Source: Candidatus Marinacidobacterales bacterium (GTDB taxonomy: Bacteria > Acidobacteriota > Vicinamibacteria > Marinacidobacterales > SMYC01). From it: a DNA stretch of 64,000 bases. The DNA lies in contig CBDCYI010000009.1 of the NCBI GenBank assembly GCA_965224085.1, positions 64,001 through 128,000 of the forward strand, in the 5' to 3' direction. Shown in pieces: positions 53,638-62,660 of this stretch (the stretch's first letter is position 1; every line of letters starts with the position of its first letter). The position numbers and the translations under genes are program-made. The notes beneath the pieces were generated by a model, which saw only the letters and a list, made by a program, of their open reading frames with translations, did no database searches and was not told where the DNA came from.

Positions 53638-53929
53638 GAACTCCTAGACTGCCAGAATTACTGGGGTGAATGAACCCTTGCTCCGTCACTATTTTCGCCG
53701 CCTGGCGTAGACGATAATTCTGTTGCCGAGCCGCGTGGAGTTTTCGTGAGTTGAAACCTTTCTGGTAATTTCGGTTATTTTCGCGCTGGTTCTCTCGCCG
53801 GGTTTCGTCACGGCAGGTTGGACCGCAGTAGCACTGTCCCTGGTAACATGACTTGCAGATGAAGAAAGGCATCCCACAGCTTTTGTTGCGGCAGAAAAGC
53901 CGGAGAAGAACGACAGGTTTGGTGGCCAT
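53501..53929 (-). CDS. Cys-rich zinc-ribbon/basic protein (passenger), similar to ORFs found beside IS21 istA
   Basis: C-x4-C..CxxC..YCGPTC followed by basic RKLHAARQQNYR..VTEQG; may start at 54025. Confidence 0.7.
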   Translation of the reverse strand: MATKPVVLLRLFCRNKSCGMPFFICKSCYQGQCYCGPTCRDETRRENQRENNRNYQKGFNSRKLHAARQQNYRLRQAAKIVTEQGFIHPSNSGSLGVREIQASGPMAHSTATARRPLHRDAALPPRSPVTRIRVCPTSGLRS

Positions 53930-54269
53930 TCGGAACTCAGCAAAGTGCTGGACGATGGCCGCCCGGATGTGAGAGGCTAGCTTCAACTTGTAGTGGAGCG
54001 CCTCCTCCGGGGGCCATCCAAACATCAGAGCCCCGGTCGTTTGTAGCGGCTGGGGCTCACTATTGTCGCACAGCAGGTTCACCCTCTTCTTGCCGGCGCG
54101 AGACGATCTGACTGACTCGCGCCAAAGGCGCGAGAGGATGCTGGCCTCGCGCCAGAGGCGCGGGATGAGGCCTTGTACACAGACATTTCCTACCGACTCT
54201 TCCCGCAACACACGCTTTCGCTGCACTGATGCTTCGGCAAGCGTACAGGGGGACGTGTATCGAGCGAAG

Positions 54270-55000
54270 TCCTTTTCCCGTCTACAGGAGGCGAACCCAT
54301 CGCCGTCACCGACAGGAACTCGCGCGACCGGAGCCCGAGCTGGTCCTCGGATGGACGCCGGGTCTTTTTCGTCTCGAACCGCGGCGGGAGTATGGATCTC
54401 TGGCAACAGCGCCTCGGGGAGGAAGGGCCGGAGGGTGCTCCAGAGCTCTTGACCGTTGGTGTCGGAATGCGAAGGGCGCCTTTTCTCCCGACGGGACGAA
54501 GCTCGCTTACTCCAAGGGCCGGTTGGTGGGAAACGTGTGGCGCGTGCCCATTCTCCGCGAACGTCCAGCGAGCTGGGCGGATGCCGAGCAGATCACCATA
54601 GGCCAGGCATACACCTGGGTCAGCGACATCTCTCCGGATGGCCGGAGACTCCTGGTGAGTTCCGACCGTTCAGGGAATCGGGATATCTGGGTGCTCCCCG
54701 CCGAGGGGGGCGCTATGACCCAGTTGACGACGAATCCCACGGGTGATGGGCGCGCAAGATGGTTGCCGGACGGACGGGAGATTGCCTTCCGGTCACGCCG
54801 CAGCGGAAACCTGGATCTCTGGGTGATGCCCGCGGAAGGGGTCCCGCCCGGCAACTGACTTCAGACCCAGAACCGAATTACCACGTGTGGTGGTCTCCGG
54901 ACGGAAGGAGATCGCCTTCACCTCGTACCGAAGCGGTAACGCGGAGATTTGGGTGGTCTCGGCGGATGGGGGTGAACCGCGCCAGGTGACGGATCAGCGA
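54270..55000 (+). pseudogene. TolB/PD40-repeat internal fragment with frameshifts
   Basis: WSSDGRRVFFVSNRGG, SDRSGNRDIW, WSPDG repeats spread across frames. Confidence 0.75.
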
Positions 55001-55024
55001 GGCGCTCGGGGAGCCGAGCGTGCC

Positions 55025-55240
55025 CACCAATCGGCGAAGCGCTCCCGGCATGGCCAGGGGCACGCACGAATTGGCGCCGAAGACACCCGCGTTCCCCATG
55101 GAACAGCCTTCGCCGGGGCCTCCTCTGTCGACGAGGGTGACGCTAAAGCCCTGCCTCTGTAGATACAGAGCGCAGCAGATGCCCACAATCCCCGCCCCGA
55201 TTACGGTAGCCTCACGCGACGCGTTGGTTTGCGATACCAC
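55025..55240 (-). pseudogene. DadA-like FAD oxidoreductase N-terminal stub
   Basis: VIGAGIVG..VTLVDR..CSMGNAG. Confidence 0.75.
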
Positions 55241-55349
55241 TTGGACTCCAGCTCACGCACCCGACCACACGAAGTATCCTATATGCTATGACACGATTCC
55301 CTAGAGGGAACCGTCGCACGTAGTATGTATCGTCGACGCCTGAGAATTC

Positions 55350-56138
55350 TTGTTGTTCGGCCTTCCGGTTTTTTCCGACACCTCGTCCAACGGTGTGCTG
55401 GTACTGGTTCTCGTCTACTTCCTCTCGTTTTTCATCAAAGGGGCGGTCGGTGTCGGTTCTCTGTCACCGGTGATCCTGCTGAGCACGTTTCTCCTGGGAC
55501 CCCATCGCGCCGTGCTGCTCGGGCTCACCACCAATGCGCTTTCCCAGATCCAGTTCGTGCCTCAGGGCATCCGTGACGGTGACTGGAAGATCGCGCGCCG
55601 GGTGATCATCGCCAACTACATCGGCGCTGCGGTCGGTGTCTGGATCTTCGGGAGACTCGATTCGACCTGGCTGACGCTTATTCTGGGGGCCGCGCTCGGT
55701 CTCGTTGCGGCCGCCGAGCAGTGGAAGCTCCTCGCCTTGCTTTCGGAACGTGTCGACCTCTTCCGGACAGGCCTTCTCGTGCCGTTAGCGGGGATCGCCG
55801 GACTCGTCAGCGGGGTCAGCGGAGCCGGGGGCATCTTCTTCATCGCAGCGTACCTGCGGCACGTCTGCCCCGACGCCCGGACCTTCCGCGGTACGATGCT
55901 GCTTCTGAGCGCCCTTCTCGTCGGCTGGCGGATGGCGCTCCTTGTCGCAAGCGGCTACATCACGCGCCAGACTTGGTTGGAAGCGTCAGTACTGTTTCCT
56001 GTCGCTTTTCTGGGAGGGCTCTCCGGGACTTGGTTCTATCGCCCGCTTCCCACCGCGCGCTTCTATCAGATCTTTCAAATCGTTCTGCTCCTCGCAGCCG
56101 CCAGCTTGGTCTGGAAGGGTCTGAGCGACGTTACTTGA
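55350..56138 (+). CDS. TauE/SafE (DUF81) exporter family
   Basis: IKGAVGVG, SGVSGAGG, FRGT; about 8 TM segments. Confidence 0.82.
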   Translation: MLFGLPVFSDTSSNGVLVLVLVYFLSFFIKGAVGVGSLSPVILLSTFLLGPHRAVLLGLTTNALSQIQFVPQGIRDGDWKIARRVIIANYIGAAVGVWIFGRLDSTWLTLILGAALGLVAAAEQWKLLALLSERVDLFRTGLLVPLAGIAGLVSGVSGAGGIFFIAAYLRHVCPDARTFRGTMLLLSALLVGWRMALLVASGYITRQTWLEASVLFPVAFLGGLSGTWFYRPLPTARFYQIFQIVLLLAAASLVWKGLSDVT

Positions 56139-56176
56139 CGCCTGGGTTATAGTCGACACAAACGAGGGGAGAGATC

Positions 56177-56956
56177 GTGGGTTTGAAGACGCGCTTCCAG
56201 AAAGGCGAGATACTCGTCGGAACCTGGCTCAACGGGCCGGTCGCTTCGCAGGTCGAGATCATCGGGGGTGCCGGCTTCGACTTCGTGATTCTCGACTCAG
56301 AGCACAGCTCCTACGGCCTTGACCAGTGTGAGGACCTCGTGCGCGCCGCCGATGCTGTGACGTTGCCTTGCCTCGTCCGCGTGGCTCCGGGCGATGCGCG
56401 AGAGGTCGGCAAGGCGCTCGACTTCGGAGCTCAGGGCATCATCGTTCCTCACGTGAGCTCTGACGAAGAGGCACGCGCTTGTGTTCGGTACGCTCACTTT
56501 GCGCCACTGGGCGCGCGCGGCGCGGCGCCGACGGTGCGAGGCGCCCGCTTCGGACGCACGGCCTGGAAAGACTACCTCGCCCAGGCGACGTCCGAAACGA
56601 TGGTGGTGCTCCAGATCGAGGGCCAGGAGGGGATCGATCAGCTCGACCGCATCATGTCGGTGGAGGGCGTGGATGTTCTCTTCGTCGGCACGTTCGATCT
56701 TTCGGAATCGCTGGGGGTCTCGGGTCAGCTCGACCATCCGAAGCTTCTGGACGCCGTCGCCCATATCGTCCGTCGGGCGCGGGAGAAAGAGATTGCGCTG
56801 GGTCTGTGGATGCCGAAGCCCGAACAGGTGGGGCCGTGGATCGAGCGCGGCGTCCAGATGATCACCGTCGCCAACAACGACATGATCTTCTTCGAGGCCT
56901 GCCGGGCCGTTGCGGAAGCGGTGAAGGCCCGCATCGCGGATCGGTCGGCGTCGTGA
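56177..56956 (+). CDS. HpcH/HpaI aldolase family (copy 2)
   Basis: Same motifs as copy 1, different first ~10 aa. Confidence 0.9.
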   Translation: MGLKTRFQKGEILVGTWLNGPVASQVEIIGGAGFDFVILDSEHSSYGLDQCEDLVRAADAVTLPCLVRVAPGDAREVGKALDFGAQGIIVPHVSSDEEARACVRYAHFAPLGARGAAPTVRGARFGRTAWKDYLAQATSETMVVLQIEGQEGIDQLDRIMSVEGVDVLFVGTFDLSESLGVSGQLDHPKLLDAVAHIVRRAREKEIALGLWMPKPEQVGPWIERGVQMITVANNDMIFFEACRAVAEAVKARIADRSAS

Positions 56957-58098
56957 CGGACCCGACGCTGGCGAGAATCGGATTCGCAGCGCCGTTGACG
57001 GGCGACCAGGCGATCGTGGGCGTGCCCATGCGCCAATGCGCCGAGCTCGCCGTCGAGGAGATCAACGCGCGGGGGTCGGCTCCCTTCCGATGGAAGCTGG
57101 TGGCGGAAGACGACCGGGCCGATCCCAAGGTCGCCGTCGACGTCGCGCGCCGCTTCGTCGACGACCCCGCCGTCATCGGTGTGGTTGGACACAAGAACAG
57201 CGGTCCTTCGGAGGCGGCAGCGCCCATCTACGCCGAGGCCGGTCTCACCCAAATGACGCCTTCGTCGACCAATCCCGCTTTGAGCCGAAAGGGTTATCGC
57301 ACCTTCTTCCGCCTCTGCGCGCACGATACCCGGCAGGGCGAGGAGGCGGCTCGCTTCGCGGTACGCTCGCTGAAGGTGGCGACGGTCATCGTGATCCACG
57401 ACGGCACGAGCTACGGCAAGCCTCTGGCCGAAGTGACGCGGGATACCTTCCTCGCCGAAGGGGCCAACGTCGTGCTGTTCACAGTTATCTTGCCGGGAGA
57501 ACATCGCTATCCGGAGACCGTCGCCCGCATCCGGGACCTGAGGCCGGAGCTCGTCTATTTTGCCCTCACGGAGATCGAGAGCTCGATTCTGGCGCGGGAG
57601 CTGAGAGCCGCCAACGTCGATGCCGCGCTCATCGGAACCGATGGGAGCCGGCAGTCGCAGTTCCTTCCACTCGCCGGCGAAGCGGCGGAGGGAGCGTATC
57701 AGACCTATGCCGGGGTCGACCCGGAGAGCGCGCCGACGGCGCAGAACTTTGTAGAGTCGTTCAACGCCCGCTACGGGCCGGTGCCCGTTTACGGTGCCGA
57801 GGTCTACGATGCGACGCGAGTATTGATCGACGCGGCGGAGCGGGCAGATCGTCTCGACCGTTCGCGTGTTCTGGGAGAGGTGGCGGGAGGCCGTTTCGAG
57901 GGCGTCACCGGCACGATCCGCTTCGATGCGAGCGGCGAGAGGCGTGATGCAGCCGTCAGCGTCTGGCAGGTGCGAGAAGGGCAAATGGAGCTAGTTCCGT
58001 TCCAACTTGTTTCACCTAGTACGATCGCCGCTGAATCCAGGTTGGAGCCACAATCGAAAGCTCCCGGCCCTTGGCGCAGATCGTTGCAACGGCACTAG
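56953..58098 (+). CDS. LivK/LivJ-type binding protein without signal peptide
   Basis: IGFAAPLTG, VVGHKNSG, STNPAL, FEGVTGTIRFD; GTG start overlaps the aldolase TGA. Confidence 0.85.
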   Translation: MTDPTLARIGFAAPLTGDQAIVGVPMRQCAELAVEEINARGSAPFRWKLVAEDDRADPKVAVDVARRFVDDPAVIGVVGHKNSGPSEAAAPIYAEAGLTQMTPSSTNPALSRKGYRTFFRLCAHDTRQGEEAARFAVRSLKVATVIVIHDGTSYGKPLAEVTRDTFLAEGANVVLFTVILPGEHRYPETVARIRDLRPELVYFALTEIESSILARELRAANVDAALIGTDGSRQSQFLPLAGEAAEGAYQTYAGVDPESAPTAQNFVESFNARYGPVPVYGAEVYDATRVLIDAAERADRLDRSRVLGEVAGGRFEGVTGTIRFDASGERRDAAVSVWQVREGQMELVPFQLVSPSTIAAESRLEPQSKAPGPWRRSLQRH

Positions 58099-58161
58099 TC
58101 GGTCTCACCCGGGACCTCGCTGCAGGCTGGCGGGGCCAACCAGAGGAAAGAAAGGAAGCTC

Positions 58162-59073
58162 ATGCATCGAAGAGAATTCCTGACAAGAAATGGACTGGCT
58201 TTGGTGGGAAGTGGCCTCAGCGCCGCTCCCAAGCGCCCATCCACGTCGAGCAAGGAGCGCATCATCGACTTCCGCGTCCGTCCGCCCTTCAAAGGCTTTC
58301 TTGAGACCGCGAACTACCGGAACGCGACCCCGCCCCCGATCGAGACCTTCATGGAGGAGGTGGAGGAGGCGGGCATCGACCTCGCGGTGGTCATCGGAAG
58401 ACAGACCCCACCTTCGATGCGCTATCGGGGTTCCTGGGGGCTTCCCTACGGGTCGGTGCCGAACGACGATATTGCGGAGCTCGTCGAGCGTTACCCGGGA
58501 CGACTCATCGGCTTCGCCGGCATCGACGGTTCCACCGGTGATGCCGCGCTCCGGGAGATCGAGCGTTGCCGGGGCCTCGGGTTCAAAGGCATCGCGCTCG
58601 ACAACGGGTGGTGTGACCCGCCGCTCTACGACGACGACGAACAGCTTCTTCCGATCTACGAGAAGTGTGAGAAGGACGCGCTCATCGTGGCCATCACCAG
58701 CAGTGTTGCCATTGGCCCGGACATGGACTACTCGAAGCCGGTTCACATTCAGCGGATCGGCAATCGTTTTCGCGAGCTCCGCATCGTGGTGCCGCACGCC
58801 TGCTGGCCCTGGGTCGAGCTCGCCTGCACCGCTGCCTTCCGAATACCGAACCTCTATCTGATCCCCGACTACTACATCGGGATGCCCGGTGCCGAGCTCT
58901 ATGTGCGCTGGGGGAACGGGCGTCTGAGCCGGCAGGTCCTCTTCGCCAGCAGCCACCCGGGGGGTGGGGGACCCAAAAATGCCGTGGAGCGCTACCGGAA
59001 TCTGCCGTTCGAGAGCGACGAGATCCGCCGCCGGGTGATGGGCGAGAACGCAGCGGGGCTTCTCGGGTTGTAA
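58162..59073 (+). CDS. Amidohydrolase_2 family, Tat substrate
   Basis: RREFL signal; IIDFRVRPP, PHACWPWV, LFASSHP, MGENAAGLLGL. Confidence 0.85.
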   Translation: MHRREFLTRNGLALVGSGLSAAPKRPSTSSKERIIDFRVRPPFKGFLETANYRNATPPPIETFMEEVEEAGIDLAVVIGRQTPPSMRYRGSWGLPYGSVPNDDIAELVERYPGRLIGFAGIDGSTGDAALREIERCRGLGFKGIALDNGWCDPPLYDDDEQLLPIYEKCEKDALIVAITSSVAIGPDMDYSKPVHIQRIGNRFRELRIVVPHACWPWVELACTAAFRIPNLYLIPDYYIGMPGAELYVRWGNGRLSRQVLFASSHPGGGGPKNAVERYRNLPFESDEIRRRVMGENAAGLLGL

Positions 59074-59122
59074 TCCGCTCCTTGCCGTGTGCGAGGCGCA
59101 TCATGAAGAGGAGGGTGAAGCC

Positions 59123-62100
59123 ATGTCGACCCGACGCGTTTGCCTGTTCTGCTCACTCGTTTCCGCCACTTGCGTTCTCTCGTTTTCTGCCGCGCTCGCA
59201 CAACCGGGAGACGACTGGGACGTAACCCTCCCCAGGGGCGAGACACGACAAATCGCATTCACGACCCACGAAGGTACGTGGATGTCGGTCGATCTTTCTC
59301 CCGACGACCGCTTCGTTGTGTTCGATCTGCTCGGACACATCTACCGGGTCCCCATCGAAGGAGGCGAGGCCGTCTGCCTCACTCAGGATAGCGGCATCGC
59401 GGTGAACTACCAGCCCCGTTACTCCCCGTACGGTCGGCATATCGCGTTCATCTCCGATCGCGCCGGCCAGGACCATCTCTGGATCATGGAGGCGGACGGC
59501 TCGAATCCGCGGCCGGTCGAGACCGACTCGACTATCCGCCTCTCCGAGCCCGCCTGGACGCCCGAGGGCGATTATCTTCTCGTGAGCAAGCGGAAGACCG
59601 GTCTGGAGTATGTGCCGTTCGACCAGGGGATCTGGATGTATCACCGCCAAGGAGGCGAGGGGGTCCACGTCGTCGGAGACGACAACGCGGGCGTGGGGGG
59701 GCCGTCCCTCTCGTCCGACGGAGAGTATCTCTACTTCCATGCCTCCAACGTCGCTGGACCTCTCCACTCCGTCGAGGGGAACATTCACCTGCGGCGTCTC
59801 GAGTTCCGCACCGGCGAGATCATCGAGCTGACCTCCCCGCCTTCGAACCGAGGACGCGACCGGCTGGCGGTGGGCGAGTCCTACGCTCCGGAGATCTCAC
59901 CGGACGGCCGATGGCTTGCTTTCGCGCGGCGCATTCCCGACGCCACCATGAGCTACAAAGGTCACGAGTTCGGGCCTCGTACGGCGCTCTGGCTTCGGGA
60001 TCTCGAGACGGGCGAAGAGCGCCTCCTCGTGGATCCTATCGAGCTCGACATGGCGGAGAGCTTGAAGCGCCACTGGACACGCATCCTCCCCGCCTACACC
60101 TGGTCGTCGGACGGGAGCTTTATCGTCATTGCACAGGGAGGCAAGCTGCGACGCGTCGATGTCCGTAGCGGAGACGTCGAGACCATCCCTTTCAATGCCG
60201 GGGTCGACCGGACGATCTCCGAAATGACCCGTGCCTCGTTCCGGATCACCGATGGGCCGTTCCAGGTGCGATTCCCGCGATGGCACACCGCGTCCTCCGA
60301 CGGGAGCACGCTCGCGTTTCAGGCGGTGGGAAAGATCTGGATAATGGATCTGCCTGAGGGACAGCCGAGGCGGCTCACTCCTGATGCGTTCGAGCCGTTC
60401 GAATACGCGCCGGCCTGGTCACCCGACGGGCGCTTCGTCGCGTTCACGAGTTGGGACGACGAGCGGCAGGGGCACCTCTTCAAGGTCGCGGCGAGCGGGG
60501 GTCCACCCGAGCAGCTGACGCCGGAGCCCGGTGAGTACACCCATCCCGTGTGGAGCCCCGATGGTGAGGAGATCGTCGTGGTCCGGGGAAGCGGCGTGAC
60601 GGCCCGGGGACGGAGCTGGGTTGCGAATCGGTGGTACGACCTCGTTCGCGTTCCGGTGAACGGTGGCGACCCCGTTTTCGTAACGAAGGTCATGAGCCCT
60701 CCCGGCACCCTCCACCGTGGTGGCAAACGCCAGATCGTACGCCCCTCGTTCGGACCGGAAGGTCGACTCTTCTACCCCGAGCAAAAAGTGGTGGACGGGG
60801 AGATCTTTCTCGTCTCGGTACGTCCGGACGGCAGCGACAAGCGGCATCACCTGAGCTTCTGGCAGGCGGACGAAGTCGTCGTCTCTCCCGACGGGCGCTG
60901 GGTGGCGTTTCAGGAAGGGGACAACGTCTATCTCACGCCGTTCCGGTGGCCGGCCCACGGGGTCGGGGTGCTCCGAATCGACAAGAGAAACGGCAAGCTT
61001 CCGGTGACACCGCTCAGCCGAGCCGGTGGGCTGTTCCCGCGCTGGCCCGACGACGACACGGTGGAGTTCGGAAGCGGCAATACGTACTACGCCCATCACA
61101 CGGAGTCCGGCACGACCGCGGAGACGAGGATCGCGCTTCGGGTTCCCCGATACATTCCACCCGGACGGATCGCTCTGACGAACGCGCGTATTCTGACCAT
61201 GGACGATCCGCCCGTCATCGAGAGAGGAACCCTCGTGGTCGAAGGAGCGCGGATCGCCTGCGTGGGCGAGTGCACGACCGACGCCGCCGACCGGGTCATC
61301 GATGCGACGGGCAAGACGGTGATGCCCGGTCTCGTCGATATGCACTCGCACCACTACCACGCCCACCTCGGCATCCAGCCACGAAAAGACTTCGAGCAGG
61401 CGATCTATCTCGCCTTCGGCGTCACCACGAGCTTCGACTGCGCCGTGTGGTCGCACAACGCCTTTCCCACCGCCGATCTCATCGACGCCGGTCGGACGAT
61501 CGGCCCGCGCACCTACGCCACCGGAGACCAGATCGAGGGAGGCCCGGACGACATGCGCCGGAACGAGATCCGGAGCTACGAGATGGCTCGAGACGAGGTG
61601 CGCCGGCTCGCGTCGTGGGGCGCCACCGGCCTGAAGCAGTACCTGATCCCGCGGCGCAACCAGCGACAGTGGATCTCCGATTGGGCTCGCAAGGAGGGGC
61701 TGATGCTGACGGCGGAGGGAGGTCATCTCACGTACAACCTCGGCATGATCATGGATGGCCACACGGGCTGGGAGCACCAGTTGAGCCAGACGCCGCTCTA
61801 CGCGGACGCGACCAAGTTCTTCGGACAGGCGGGGGCCACGTACTCGTCGACGTTCGTAGTGAGCGGTCCGGCTCCGTGGAACATCGAGTACTTTTTCGGG
61901 AAGAGTGACGTCTGGAAGGACGAGAAGCTCCGTCGCTTTCTGCCCTGGCGCGATCTCTACCCGCGCGTTCGCCGCCGCATGCTCCGCCCGGAGACCGACT
62001 ACGCTTTTCCCTTCGTGGCGCAAGCGGTGGCGGACATCATCCGCGAAGGAGGAAACGGCGCGATCGGATCGCACGGCGAATACTACGGGCCCGCGCCTCA

Positions 62101-62425
62101 CTGGGAGATCTGGATGGCCGCCTCGGCACAGGAACCGATGGGCGCCCTCGAGCTCGCCACCCTTCGAGGAGCCCGATTCCTCGGAGCGGAGCAGGACCTG
62201 GGCTCCCTCGAGGTCGGAAAGCTCGCCGACCTTCTGGTGCTCAACCGGAACCCGCTCGAAGACATCCAGCATACGATCGACATCCAGTACGTGATGAAGG
62301 GCGGCGTCTTGTGGGATGCGACCACGCTGGACGAGATCTGGCCCGAGAAAAAGCCTTTCGGGGACTATTACTGGGTGGACGAGGACGCGCTTCGCTCGGG
62401 CTCGAAACGAGGAGCCGAGCACTAG
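59123..62425 (+). CDS. Secreted TolB-propeller/amidohydrolase fusion
   Basis: EGTWMSVDLSPD, PD40 repeats, PGLVDMHSH, GSHG, GKLADL. Confidence 0.9.
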   Translation: MSTRRVCLFCSLVSATCVLSFSAALAQPGDDWDVTLPRGETRQIAFTTHEGTWMSVDLSPDDRFVVFDLLGHIYRVPIEGGEAVCLTQDSGIAVNYQPRYSPYGRHIAFISDRAGQDHLWIMEADGSNPRPVETDSTIRLSEPAWTPEGDYLLVSKRKTGLEYVPFDQGIWMYHRQGGEGVHVVGDDNAGVGGPSLSSDGEYLYFHASNVAGPLHSVEGNIHLRRLEFRTGEIIELTSPPSNRGRDRLAVGESYAPEISPDGRWLAFARRIPDATMSYKGHEFGPRTALWLRDLETGEERLLVDPIELDMAESLKRHWTRILPAYTWSSDGSFIVIAQGGKLRRVDVRSGDVETIPFNAGVDRTISEMTRASFRITDGPFQVRFPRWHTASSDGSTLAFQAVGKIWIMDLPEGQPRRLTPDAFEPFEYAPAWSPDGRFVAFTSWDDERQGHLFKVAASGGPPEQLTPEPGEYTHPVWSPDGEEIVVVRGSGVTARGRSWVANRWYDLVRVPVNGGDPVFVTKVMSPPGTLHRGGKRQIVRPSFGPEGRLFYPEQKVVDGEIFLVSVRPDGSDKRHHLSFWQADEVVVSPDGRWVAFQEGDNVYLTPFRWPAHGVGVLRIDKRNGKLPVTPLSRAGGLFPRWPDDDTVEFGSGNTYYAHHTESGTTAETRIALRVPRYIPPGRIALTNARILTMDDPPVIERGTLVVEGARIACVGECTTDAADRVIDATGKTVMPGLVDMHSHHYHAHLGIQPRKDFEQAIYLAFGVTTSFDCAVWSHNAFPTADLIDAGRTIGPRTYATGDQIEGGPDDMRRNEIRSYEMARDEVRRLASWGATGLKQYLIPRRNQRQWISDWARKEGLMLTAEGGHLTYNLGMIMDGHTGWEHQLSQTPLYADATKFFGQAGATYSSTFVVSGPAPWNIEYFFGKSDVWKDEKLRRFLPWRDLYPRVRRRMLRPETDYAFPFVAQAVADIIREGGNGAIGSHGEYYGPAPHWEIWMAASAQEPMGALELATLRGARFLGAEQDLGSLEVGKLADLLVLNRNPLEDIQHTIDIQYVMKGGVLWDATTLDEIWPEKKPFGDYYWVDEDALRSGSKRGAEH

Positions 62426-62443
62426 TTTGATTCAAGAGGGATC

Positions 62444-62646
62444 ATGATGCTTCGAGTGCTTCCACGCATCGGAATGGCTTTCATCCTGCTTCAAGAAAAT
62501 GCGGGAGCTCGATCAGAAAAAAGCGCTGAAGGACTTTCACGATCGCGTCTACAGGATCGGTTTTCTTCCGGCAACCCTGGTGCGTGAATGGCTCTTTCAC
62601 GAGCTCGAGACAGAGTTTGGCCACACACCAGCGATGAACGACTGAC
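62444..62646 (+). pseudogene. Signal-peptide stub joined to a DUF885 C-terminal stub
   Basis: MMLRVLPRIGMAFIL, then KALKDFHDRVYRIGFLPATLVRE..*. Confidence 0.6.
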
Positions 62647-62660
62647 AGGGAGACGACTCG

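Larger units (their letters stand above)
51782..54249 (-). mobile_element. IS110 element carrying two passenger ORFs
   Basis: CC core at both ends; ends and flanks match the guide segments of the internal ncRNA; circle junction forms TTGATC-N17-TACGCT. Confidence 0.8.

Noticed and set aside
58185-58222. IS21-end-like sequence AAATGGACTGGCTTTGGTGGGAAGTGGCC
   Set aside because: Lies inside a Tat signal-coding region with no terminal TG/CA; probably coincidence
10420-62660. Integron cassette array as the cause of the patchwork
   Set aside because: No intI, no recurring attC sites, mixed orientations, and blocks cut mid-gene
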